From: Azolla caroliniana
Lineage: Eukaryota; Plantae; Polypodiophyta
Reading direction: 5' to 3'
DNA: 64,000 nt
Assembly (NCBI GenBank): GCA_043228905.1
Contig: JBHGNT010000001.1
Span: forward strand, 4,154,001-4,218,000
The notes below the pieces were generated by a model. The model had not been told where the DNA came from. It saw only the letters and a program-made list of their open reading frames with translations, and searched no databases. Positions 31,105 through 42,786 of the stretch are shown here, piece by piece. Position numbers and translations under genes: made by a program. Each line of letters starts with the position of its first letter. The first letter of the stretch is position 1.

Positions 31105-33472
31105 TCATGGCCGCTTGTTCTCCTTCCGAGCATAATCGTTAGGCTTTATGCATGTTCCACCTTCGTTCTGACCATCTCTTTGGACAAGCCACTCCGCACT
31201 TCGTCCATCTTTGTGGTTTCTTCTTATGTTAGAGTTCTCCATCGATTCCTCGATCTTAATGATAGTGTCCGCCTTCAAGTTGAATGTTACATCAATATCT
31301 TGAGGAATACCCTTCAAATCTCCTTGGCCCACTTGGCCCTCATCTTTTTTTGTTGTGCTTTGCTTGGCCTCTTTCCCCCACACATCAGCTTCGACCCTTG
31401 CTTCCTCGTCGTCACTGTCCTTCTCTTGGGTCTTACATCGGTTAATGCCCAAGTCTCCAGAACGAGTGTGGAGAGATCCATATGTATTTGTCGGCCATGC
31501 CCCAACATCGTTATTTGCGTCGGCTTGAACCTTTGCTTCCCCGCCATCACCTTCTATCTCTTGGGTCTCATGTTGGCTTTGAACCACAACTACCCAAGTC
31601 TCTCGAACATGTGCGAAGGAATCCATTTGTCTTTGGTCAATCACCTTCGACACCTTTGTCTTGATGTCATCATTCACATTAGATTGGAACTCCCCCTTGT
31701 TGCCACCTTCCATCTCTTGGGTCTTCTGTTGGTTCTCGGACGCAACTGCCCAAGTCTCTGGAACCAGTGAGGGGAAAGTCTTGTCACTGCCATCATTCAC
31801 CATCGACTCGTTGATATCTATCTTCGCCTCGATGTTGTGCACACCATCTTGGTCCTTCTCCTTACTACCACCTTCCATCTCTTGGGTCTCACGTTGGCTC
31901 TCTACAACTGCCCAAGTCTCTGGAACTTGTGTGGAGGAATCTTTGATGGGGCCATCTGCCATTAATTCTTTCATAGCCACCTCTGACTTGATGTCATTTC
32001 TTATGGCTATCTCTTCAATCTCATGGGCCTCATACCCATTGACCTTGATCGAGCAAGCTTCGATTATCCTTCTCTCTGTTGGGGACAAGGCCGTCAATGC
32101 GGAAGTGCAAGCAACATTCGTGATGAAGAAGAACCTGTGTATGCATGAGCAAGATAGACACAGAGGGGGAGAGAGAGAGAGAGAGGCACAAAGTAATCGT
32201 TATATTCAATAGCAACAGTTACAAAGACAACCAACCTTTACTAAAGGTTACAAAGTCACTTTATATAGTGACTATCTTAGGGCAACTGCCCTTTATGCTA
32301 TTTACAGAAATAGCCCGAACTTGGGTTGTCCAAAGGGACAGTGTGAATACGGCCATTATACACTCGTATTCGACACTCTCTTCATCGCATGTATTCGTTT
32401 CAACCTTCGGCTCCTCGCCGACACCTTCCGTCTCTTGGGTCTCACGTTGGTTCGTGGACGCAACTGCCCAAGTCTCTGGAGCATGTGTGGAGAAAATCCG
32501 ACCATGGTCGTTTTCGACACTTGTTGTCTTGTTCATAGTCACCTCCTCAATGTCGTCTTTAGCGGCTAGATCCTCAATTACACTAGCGTCACACTCTTTA
32601 TCTCCATTGATGCAAGCTTCGATTAAGCTTGCTCCTTCATCATCCGATGTTTCGAACACAACGCATGTTCCGAAACATTTGTCCTCCTTTGAAATGACCG
32701 TCATCGTCCTCGAGTCATCATCAATCTTCTTTTCATGTTGGATGCGTTGTTTAGGCGTCTCGACTTCTTTAGATGGTTTTGTTTTCCCCACGCTCGGCCT
32801 TACCAAGTCAATGTCATCAAGCCATTGATGACGCCTGTCGATCTTGTTGCATGCTTGCTTCACCGCAACCCAGTCCACCACAAGCCCGTTCGCTTGGGTA
32901 TCATCTTCGAGGAGAGTCCCCAACTCTCATCTATCCTTCATGTCCACAGCCTTCAAGAAGTACAAAGTCTTGTCCTCCTCAAGTAGCACTTGGTCCGTGT
33001 TGGGGAGACGACTAAACATCTGGTCGAACTCGTCGTACACCCTCGAAGCACTCATTCTCTTATTCTTCTTTTCTATCCACTTCATCAAGGCATGTTGAGT
33101 CATCCTCGACAAATCTTCCGTCACGAACTCTGCTAATATCGCTTTCTCGAACTCCGACCACGTTGTCTTCCCTTCTTGAAGCTCGATGACCCGCCTTTGG
33201 ATGTTGTTGCTGGCAACTCGCTTGAAACTCGAGATTTGACGTGCTTCAGACACGTCCCTTTGATTCATCTCCCTTTTGTATACATCAAGGAACTTCGTAA
33301 TGTTCCTTCCATCAAATTGACCCTCGACCTCCATGACACGGTTGACGGCCTTCTCCACGCTCGCATCGTTGTCCCAAGATCTCATCATTTGCTCGAAGAT
33401 TATCATCATTCTTTCGAACTCTCCCACTTGATTGCTTGAGGATGTCATCTCCAAGTATTGGTCGATCCTCAT
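31105..33472 (-). pseudogene. Element F single ORF (~690 codons after removing the solo LTR): capsid-like Gag plus acidic repeat tail; one internal TGA at 32927-32929
   Basis: GQFDGRNITKFL..WSEFEKAIL..FLKAVDMKDR..GLVVDWVAVKQAC aligns with D Gag GRFTGKDATRYL..WEEFEGRLL..FVKSVDERDR..GLTVDWAAVKRAC. The frame rejoins across the solo LTR (TCDEE|RRIIEAC). Confidence 0.82.
32077..32375 (-). mobile_element. Solo LTR related to the Copia A/E family
   Basis: TGTTGGGGACAAGGCCGTCA...TATTCGACA shares AAAGGTTACAAAGTCACTTTATATAGTGAC..TTAGGGCAACTGCCCTTTATG with the Copia A LTR. TSD CTCTC at 32072-32076 and 32376-32380. Confidence 0.92.
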
Positions 33473-34776
33473 CTTGATCCTTCCTACCACTTCTTCACGT
33501 CGGGTTCACCAAGTAAGATGTCGAGGAAATCCTCGCGTGTTCACGAAATGAAGCGGGACCACCGAGGTCCTAGACCGGAAGGATTCGATGTTTTTAGTAG
33601 CGTAAGCGAGAAAGTATTGAAGATAGATAGATGGATGAAGAGAGAGAGAGATATAGAGATAGAGATAGAGATTGAACCCTTGACTTTAGTTTTACGAGAC
33701 AAGATACATCACCATAAGGATAACTCCGATCTTTGATTAAAAATTTCTTTTTTTTACTTACATCACTTGCCTCCCTTACACAAGCCCAACTATAGGCTTT
33801 TATCGGTCTCTCCATGCAAAAACCATGAGTTAAACCCACGGGCTGAAACCATGGGTTAAAACCACAAGCTAAAACCATGGGCTAAAACCATGGTTTTGTG
33901 CCCATGGTTTTTATATGTTTACTTCCTACAAAATACTGAATATGAAAAGAATATATACAAATTCTAAAGCACTCAGTAGTGGCTTAACGTTAAGTTAATT
34001 TGTTTCTTATCTTGGAGGTGCAAGGTTCAAGCCTTGTTTTCACCCCTATGTATGCACTTAAATGTTACTAGGATTTAGTCTTAAATTTATATTTACAATT
34101 GAGTGCACATCACACGTGCACATGTTTTAACTTTACATCTAGCTTTTCTTTTACGATTCTCATTTCAGTCCTATTTACAACATGCTAGCATATGCATGTG
34201 GTCTTCTCCCCTTTCACACGTGCACATTGCACCTTCTCGATTTCGTTCGTTGCACACAATTTTCACACTGTTTCCGAAAATCTTCACGACATTGTGCTAA
34301 TACGACGGTCCTCATCGCGCCAAACCGTGGTGCAAGGCCGCCAAGGCATATTTGCACCATCTCATCATTGTCCACATTGACACTTATCGAGCCAAGCGAG
34401 TCGTAGAGCTCCTTGATCTTCAAGGTGTAGCTTGTGATGGACATATCCCTTTTGTTGGATGTTGTTCAACTATTGGCGGAGTTGAAGCTTTCTCGCGATT
34501 GTGTTGGCGGCGAAAATCTTTCGTAGATTCTCCCACACTTCCTTTGGCGTCTCAGATTCTCGAATGTACCCGAGCATGTCGTCGTGAACACATGTCGCCA
34601 AGCAATACATCACTTGGCTTGCCGCTTGCTCCCACGTTGCATATTCGGGTCGGGTTGGTTTTTTTGCGCTCCCTTGATGTAACCCCAATAGCCTTGGTCG
34701 ATAAGGTATTGGTGCATCTTGTACTCCCAAGATGCGAAGTTGTTTTGGTCCAACTTCTCGCTAGGGAGAACGCTCC

Positions 34777-35170
34777 CCATTTGAGTATTCATTGTCGATT
34801 AAACCTTTCTTCTTTTCCTTCTCTCTTAAACACAAGCTATGTAGTGGTACTACGATAGCGATGAGCCGGTTCTTCTTGAACGTCGGCGTAGAGCACAACA
34901 CACGATCACGATGAGGCGAGTATGCATTGTCGATTAAACCTTTCTTCTTTTCCTTCTCTCTTAAACACGAGCTATGTAGTGGTACTACAATAGTGATGAG
35001 CTGGTTCTTCTTGAACGTCGGAGAACACTCCCCATTTGAGTATTCATTGTCGATTAAGCCTTTCTTCTTTTCCTTCTCTCTTAAACACGAGCTATGTAGT
35101 GGTACTACGATGGCGATGAGCCGGTTCTTCTTGAACGTCGGCGTAGAGCACAACACACGATCACAATGAG
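34777..35170. repeat. Three ~120-135 bp tandem copies in the Copia G 5' leader
   Basis: ATTGTCGATTAA(A/G)CCTTTCTTCTTTTCCTTCTCTCTTAAACAC..GGTTCTTCTTGAACGTCGG at ~34791, ~34926 and ~35046. Confidence 0.88.
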
Positions 35171-35211
35171 GTGAGTGGGTTAGATTGAGCTACCAAATCG
35201 CTCTGATACCA

Positions 35212-35684
35212 TGTAAAGAATCGGGTATAATTATTGTGTAGCAGAAGATATGTGTGTTATGTGTATGTGTGAGAGGAATTAGAGGAGAGAAGAGAGAAGA
35301 GAGAACACAAGATAGATAGATAAGAACACAATCAAGTACTCAATAAGAAGATGTATATTCACAAGTAGAATAAGAGATACAAAAATGTAGCATTACAAGG
35401 AGTCACAACCAACTTAATATGAAGTGTGAGGAGGGTGTTTTATATATAGTTAGTCACCCTCTCTTTTCATTAACTACTACAACAACCACTCTCTCTCTTG
35501 GGGAATGTGAAGACTCATAGTCATGGGGAATATGTAACTCATTAATTATGTAACTCATTAATTATGATTCTATGACACATAGTTAATGTGTAGAGAGTAG
35601 TGGTGTGACTCTTGACCTTTAGTAATCATAGATTCTCAAAAGGTGTGTTCACACGTTGCACTATGTTGAGCTTGATTCTCAACA
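35212..35684 (-). repeat. Copia G 5' LTR
   Basis: TGTAAAG...TCAACA, directly adjacent to GCTCTGATACCA (PBS complement, 35200-35211). The partner LTR is not in the window, so the outer boundary is inferred. Confidence 0.75.
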
Positions 35685-35711
35685 CACACACTCTTTGTCT
35701 CTCTCCTTTGT

Positions 35712-35712
<1 letters not shown>

Positions 35713-35755
<43 letters not shown>
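35713..35755. repeat. (CT)n microsatellite
   Basis: About 21 CT units. Confidence 0.95.
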
Positions 35756-35759
<4 letters not shown>

Positions 35760-35927
35760 AAACACACAATCATATTAATAAATGTGTGTAAAAAACACTA
35801 TTTACAATAGGTGTGACAATGGAGTATGGTCACCCATTAACTACACTACACAAGGAGAGAGAGAGTGAAAATTCTTTCCTCGGTGGAGTGTTCGTCTTGC
35901 CTATTGGCAATTCAACATGTTCCACCA

Positions 35928-35963
<36 letters not shown>

Positions 35964-36019
35964 ATCTGTGTAGTCTCCCTTGCATACACACAGTCTTTGT
36001 CTCTCTCCTCTGTGTAGTG

Positions 36020-37400
36020 AGGATACTGGATGATATGGTATGGGCCATCTACGCACTATATGAACAAGTGTCCGGGTGTGTCTGATGCCCAAGCGGCCTA
36101 TCTAATCGTTTCACTAGCACTATTGGTGTAAAACAAGGTTTCCCCCTATCACCGACGCTTTTTGGGATCTACATTGATGAGATCACAGATTTTATTGCTC
36201 GTGAGGGAGGCACCGGAGTGGTACTTGGGGATATGCAGGTTCGTATCTTGCTCTATGCGGATGACATAGTTTTGCTCTCTGAATCCGAACATGACCTACA
36301 AAGGCCCCTTAATGCCTTAGATGACTTTTGTGTACAACGAGGATTGGTAGTGAATCTAGGGAAAACGAAAGTCCTTATCTTCCACACTTCGGCCCAAGTT
36401 AGAGCTAAGTGTCACCTAACTATCTCCCATAGCCCAGTCGAGGTGGTTGGATCATACGTCTATCTCGGAGTCACTTTTAGTGCTCGCTCAGGTAAATTTT
36501 CGATGACATAGGCAGCGAAGGATAGAATCACGAGAGGACATGCATCCCTCTCACTCCTAGAGAGACAATGCCACCAAGCACACTTTCAAGAGCCACGGAC
36601 TAAAGGGTGGCTCTTTGACTCATTAGTGACCCCCTCCCTCATGTATGCATCAACGGTTTGGGCTCCAGGATTACCATCTTTCATGTGGACGCAATTAGAG
36701 AGACCATTGGTGATGATGCTATCACGCCAACTCCGAAGCAAATCGATTGTACCACATGACATTATTAGGGCTGAGTTCACGTTACCCCCAATGTTAGTAG
36801 AGGCACTTTTTCAACTTGTAGTCTTCATTCACAGGATACATAGCCAACCACATGATAGAATATCTCATCAAGCCTTTAAGGCCTCTCGATCATTGTATGA
36901 GTCCAGCTATACTAGCTCATGGTATGGCATAATGGTGAGTTGGCTTCTTGCGAATGGTCTAGACATTAATAACCTACCCCCCCTTAGGTACAACCACACG
37001 AGTGATAACACTTTAATCTCTCATGAGGACCGCAATAAAGTAATACGCCAAGAAATATGGCAAATTTACACTCGGTGTAAATGGATCACCCCACTAGAGC
37101 CACTCCCATCTAAAATGTTGTACTATAAGAAACACTTCATGCACTTCTCTGAGTTAGGTTTTATCACGCGGCCAAAATATCTAGATGTATTCTTACCACA
37201 TGCACTAAGGGTTGCCATTGGGCAACTTAGAATATCATCTCACCAACTTGAGATTGAGAATGGCCGTACTAGTGGAATCCCTAGGGAGGAAAGGATATGT
37301 AGGTTATGTCACATAGAGATAGGGGATGAGTACCACTTTACATGCAAATGTCCAACCTATGCCGAAGTAAGGGCAAAATACCAAGACATACTTGGTTCGT
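36020..37400 (+). mobile_element. 5'-truncated non-LTR retrotransposon (LINE; RTE/RTEX-like) RT C-terminal half
   Basis: GVKQGFPLSPTLFGIYIDE, LLYADDIVL, LVVNLGKTKV, YVYLGV, and C-terminal LRISSHQLEIENGR..ERICRLC..DEYHFTCKCPTY. In-frame stops at ~36083 and 36509. Confidence 0.88.
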
Positions 37401-40400
37401 CTTTATATTTAATAGCCATGTGGAGGAGGACATACTTCCTTAGAAATAGATCCCCCCTTTGATGAACATGAATGAACATGCATATGGTGCAAACCAATGC
37501 ATGATTGAGAGAGAGGGATGTGCATAAATTATAACTTTATTGGAGCTCATACTTATAAGGTTTTTTTTTGTATGATCTTATATTTATAAAAGTTGTTGAA
37601 TTGTATAGGGGGAAATGTCAGCTTTCTTATCATATCCTTGTCAACTATTTTTGTATACCCTATGGATTTTAAAATTTAATTGTCATTCCATTATGTGTAT
37701 GGATAGATGTGTGAACGTGTTCCCACTTTATTGTAACAAAAATCTCATTTGTGTGAAACAAAGAGTCCATATTTCTTGCCTTCATGAGAAATTATAAAAT
37801 TGCCTTTTTTATTTATAGAAATTCCTCATCATTCTTCATAGCTTATTAGGTCTATATTTAAGTTACAATCCATTTACACTAGCATAATTCATAATTTGTT
37901 TTGCTACCAATGTCGATTACATTGGATCATGTGTGTATGACTTCTATATTATAGAAATCCAAGTTAAATAATAATTATAAACTTGATTGGGTGTTTCTTC
38001 GCATTGTAAGGAGCTCATCCTCAATTAATTATATGAATACTAACATATCATGAAAAGTAGGAAATAAATAATATCTTTATGAACATTGGGCCTTGAAAAC
38101 TTCAAAAAATCACAAGCTTCTCATTCCACATGGTTGGTCCTAACTAACTTGTATGTAGTAGATGATTTCTTTTTTTTTTATAATGCTAGCAATAGAATAG
38201 GGGGAATGTTTTTTATGAGTTTGGGATGGCCAACTTTTTTATGTTCTCTACTTTATTGATGACTTTGTTCCTTCCATTATTGGCAAAAAAAGGCAAGAAA
38301 GACATCATTTTTTAACCCTTGAATGGTATATGTAAGTAAAAGGCAAAATCAGTTATGAAGCTTACTTCTTTTTGGCTTTTTAACACAATCCATTTAACTT
38401 GAATACAAACCATTTTGACACAACAAACTTATACAAATAACTACGTAGATCAACCCCTCCTCCCCCCCCCAAAAAAAAGAAACAGAAACGATGCCTCACC
38501 TACAAAATCTTTCCATATAAATTGTCTCACTATAACTTACTAGATGAAATCTTAGGCAAATGCAACTCACCATGTCTAATTAAGTATAACAATGTAATGA
38601 AGGTCAATTGAGACTTTATTATAAAATTTTGAATAACCTATAATGAATGTCTAGGTGTCAATAAAATCGATAATTTTACACTTGAACTACCTAAACGACA
38701 TCGAGTTCATTACCATATAGGTCAATGACACCATATATTTCTATGAAATATGACTCAGGGGACCCAACCTAAGTCACATTTTATGTTAATGTTGTGTGTT
38801 TCTTGATGTTGTAGTCCATAATGATACATTGATATGTATATTTTTTTAAACAATGAGTAAATATACAACGTGGTTTTCTAGATATCATTTTCCACTTTCA
38901 TACATTCCGTTGATTGCTCATAGCAAATGTACAATCTCTATCTATGTTTATTGTTAATAAATATTGGAATTACTTGGTAATTGGGAAAATAGTTAATGGA
39001 TGCATAGATCCTTATAACTACCAACCTCCATTCCTCATGAGAAACTTTTATATTTTGACAATTTAGTATCTAAAATCCAAGTGGAAGATTTGATATTATT
39101 CTTTTGAAAGATATGGGGAGGGATGAGAAGTCCCATCTCTATTTTGCATTGATAATGGATTTATGTTCCATTGGTGCATGGATCAAACACCATGTTGTGT
39201 TACCTTGTGGAAGAGATACATGAAACATTGATCCATGTAGCCTAAAGTTTATATATATTAGAACAATCACAAGAGCATTATCGTTGTATTTTGCATTTTC
39301 AATTGATCCAAACATGTGTATGTCATGGTAGTAGTTGAAATTAATGATACACCTTCTTTACATTGAATGAGCACTCCCTAAGAATATGTATAGTTTCCTA
39401 ATGATTATGAATATGCTTGCATAGTTTCCTAATTATGATCATTAATGCACTTGTATAGTTTCGAACCATTACATGAATACATTTGCATATTAAATCCAAA
39501 GGGTCCAAGATGTCAATTTGGTCATTCTTTTGTGATTGATGTCAAGCCATTGGGATCCTTTTTTTCAATGAAGTTTGGTGAGAGCGTTCCACACTTACCT
39601 ATGACGAGATGCTTTTGCACCAATGATCACTCATATAGAAAGCTTGAGATAGGCCTTACCATTGAAGTTGGATAGCGAATTGGCACAAAAGCATGCATCG
39701 ATGTTGTTTAGTGAACAATTTGTGTATAAATGGTAGGGTTGCATGTGACTTACAAGATGTGAAAATGTTAATACCAAATTCTAATGATATCGTATCTCGA
39801 TGGCAAGTGTATTCATATTTTATTTTACATGATACTAATGTTCTGGTTATTAGTGTGCAAAACTATGCATTCGAATATGATTAAAGTAATTTAATATGGG
39901 AAATTCTGTTTGGATGAACGTGTTAGATGTGGAATTTTAAAATCTCCAGGAGATAAAGTAAAATATGGGCAAACGTTTTTGTGTGACAATAATGAATGGA
40001 TTGGATATGAAAATTTTAAAACTTGTTTCAATATTCCATATGTTGCAAGACTACATTATGTTGGTTGGTGTCAAGTGATAAAGAAGGGTTTGGAACCAAA
40101 AGAGTTTAATAGGAGGAGACTTTTTGGATGACAATGGTAAAGAATATATGTAAAAACGTTTTCAATTATGATATAATCAACACTTGTAAAAACGATAGGT
40201 TGTGAGCAATAAAGAACGGGATGGCTATAGACTTCTAAACCTAAACTCCTATGCACCTAAAGTGTACATCCAAGATATTCGTGGATTTTTCGAAGTGCAA
40301 AAAATGACATAATGAAATTGTTTAATCTAAAGCTTCTCAAGACTTTCCTGTTGAACTTGGATATTATGTTCGACCTAGAAATTTCTAACCTTGAAGCCCA

Positions 40401-41035
40401 ATAGTTTCACATTCCTTATTTTGTGAATCGTTTACAAATGGAGCTCTTGATTTCGTTTTTTGTAACAACAATGATTCAACCATATAAACATGGCGTGCAT
40501 GATATGTTTGTCATAGTTCCTTTGTTGGTCTAAGGATATGCAACAATTACCATCCTACTCATGATTTTGGCTTTGAAGAGTCTTGGTTCCTTCTTGTTTC
40601 TACCTACAATCCTTAATCTTGGTAATTTTGATGGCAATTACTATGTTTTTCGTGGACTCAATTATATGTAAGAGAGTGAGCCAACAGATACAATGTTGAA
40701 CCGGTCTTTTTATGGCTTGGACACGATGTTGTTTAAATGAAATTATGTGCAAAACACACAATTGTCATGTCATTTGATTGAGATGGGTTAGCGAAGAGGC
40801 TTGTGCAAATGGCATGGGGCAACATGATCCATGGTGGTAGACAAATCATAATACCGTACAATCTTTTCGGTTTCGTGAAGCACCTAATCTACTCATTGAA
40901 CGAGGAGTTGTTCCACCTTTTACTATGAAAGGGATTAAGTGTGGCCAACAATCTTACTCTCGAGAGACATGTAGGAAGATATCATGATACATTGTATACA
41001 AGAGAGGTCTATACATCAAGTGGGAGGGTGGGTGG

Positions 41036-41630
41036 AACTATGAGCATAACCTAATTTGGTTTCTCGTACAAATTCTAGATGTTGTTGGAGGGATAATGTG
41101 AATGGATGACCACGAGCCTGTAACAATACATCTAATGAACGAAATTTAACACGTTATCGGGTAGCAGGAGGGGACAGACCACGGAAGTGAGTAATGAATG
41201 TCATGATTCGTTGGCTTGTTAGGTGATCTAGAACTATGAGCATAACCTAAAATATGATTTCTTGTGTAACAACGGTAGATGTTGTTGGAGGGATAATGTG
41301 AATGGATGACCACGAGCCCGTAACAATACATCTAATGAACGAAATTTAACACATTATCGGGTAGTAGGAGGGGACATACCACTGGAGTGAATAATGAACG
41401 TCATGATTCGCTGGCTTGTTAGGTGATCTAGAACTATGAGCATAACCTAAAATATGATTTCTCGTGTAACAACGGTAGATGTTGTTGGAGGGATCATGTG
41501 AATGGATGACCACGAGGCCGCCCATAACAATACATCTAGTGAATGAAATTTAACACGGAGTTGAGTTGGGTAGCAGGAGGGGACGGCCCACCGTAGTGAA
41601 CAACGAAGGAACATCATGATTCGCCCGACT
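41036..41630. repeat. Three ~200-bp tandem repeats upstream of the DUF3511 gene
   Basis: AACTATGAGCATAACCTAA..TAGATGTTGTTGGAGGGAT..GAATGGATGACCACGAG..AACAATACATCTA starts at 41036, 41232 and 41432. Confidence 0.9.
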
Positions 41631-42339
41631 TGGTCGGGCGATCATTCTTTCGGTCTGGTGGGGCCGGTGGGGATTCGATCGGGCACTGCAGTGTGAAAGC
41701 ACAGCTAAGGAGGAGCCCCCCACAATCTGAAAGCAAATTTCAAGCTCCTTCCAAACGAGAGAGAGTGAGAGAGAGAGAGAGAGAGATGGTGATGGTGATG
41801 GTGATGGTGATTCCTCCTCACGATATATTTGCTGATTCTTGGAGTCACTTCTGTCATCATCACAGATGCCCTAATTCTCTTCTATACATCATTCGTCCCC
41901 TTCTTCCCAAACCCTAAATCCTTACAGCACATAGGGTCGCCCCCCTTCTATCCCCTAAACTTGCCCTAAAATGTTTTTACTCGGAGCCCCCCCCCCCCAA
42001 ATCTCTTATCCCAAATTGAAGCCCTAAAATCCCAAATCCATAATCTTTTTACAGCCTGCAACTTTTCAACCCTAAAAACTTTGCACTCTGTACCCGATCA
42101 CGCAACCTCCCTGCAAGGATTTATTTATCTTTGGAAGGCCCCTCCGATCAGAGTTTGAGGAAGGCTAGAGCGTGGCTCCACAACCCCATATTAATCTATC
42201 TCTGCACAGGTTTCATCTTCCTTCACTTTCCTTTTTTTGTTTTTATGTTTCTGTAATTAGAGAAGAACCAAAGAAGAAGTAGAAGAGCAAAAAAAAACCA
42301 AACAAAAGAAGAAGAAGAGTAATATCGGCTGGATTGGAC

Positions 42340-42717
42340 ATGGAGAGCTGGTGTGAACTCAACAGTTCGAAGCGAAGGACTCTTCCATCATCCAAATCTG
42401 TTGGGGGTTCATATGCACACTCCCTCACGGCTTCAAAATCAGTCTCAGTCGGGGGGTCATATTCACATTCGCCTACACAACTAAAGCATCAACATCAGAT
42501 TGTGGCATATTCTCATCAGCAAGACATTGGGCCTCTGCCAAAGCTCTCAAAATCGAAAAGCACTTCATGGCACCTTGATGAGTCGGAACTCAAGAGGAGA
42601 CGCAGAGTAGCTTCGTATAAGGTTTACACGGTCGAAGGTCGGGTCAAATCCTCTTTTCGCAAGAGCTTTCGATGGTTCAAAGACAAGCTCTTTGAGATGC
42701 GGTATGGATGGTATTGA
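42340..42717 (+). CDS. DUF3511-family plant protein, intronless CDS (125 aa)
   Basis: C-terminal W..DESELKRRRRVASYKVYTVEGRVKSSFRKSFRWFK is the DUF3511 signature; N-terminus is Ser-rich. Confidence 0.9.
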   Translation: MESWCELNSSKRRTLPSSKSVGGSYAHSLTASKSVSVGGSYSHSPTQLKHQHQIVAYSHQQDIGPLPKLSKSKSTSWHLDESELKRRRRVASYKVYTVEGRVKSSFRKSFRWFKDKLFEMRYGWY

Positions 42718-42749
42718 AAACACATGGTTTTTTCTTCCATGAAATTGTC

Positions 42750-42786
<37 letters not shown>

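Larger units (their letters stand above)
30146..34291 (-). mobile_element. Element F: non-autonomous Gag-only (TR-GAG-like) LTR retroelement of the Gypsy D group, inserted into Copia G gag
   Basis: Diverged LTRs 30146-30923 and 33519-34291. Same 18-nt PBS as D (33494-33511) and a homologous PPT region (TCCACCCCCACCAAACCGC vs TCCGCCCCCACCTAACCGC). Gag homologous to D; no pol. Confidence 0.88.
316..35684 (-). mobile_element. Copia G: old, degenerate host Ty1/Copia element in pieces (34292-35684, 28898-30145, 316-677); 3' end lies beyond the window start
   Basis: 5' LTR 35212-35684, then PBS TGGTATCAGAGC. Gag motif KLDQNNFASW (34610-34792) and degenerate zinc knuckle near 29800-29860. Integrase C-terminus ARAMLNENHMPKSYWAEA..KLDPKSEKCILIGY. 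RT N-terminus KWVEAMNEEMQAL..NKTWDLV..RYKTRLIAKGY. Frames rejoin when insertions are removed (RSTHEK|NPVSRFG across Copia A). Confidence 0.85.

Noticed and set aside
37500-41000. Short ORFs in AT-rich DNA, possibly a decayed transposon
   Set aside because: No motif, terminal repeat or consistent frame that I could support.
41036-41630. Repeat array as CRISPR-like
   Set aside because: Eukaryotic context with ~200-bp contiguous units and no unique spacers or cas genes.
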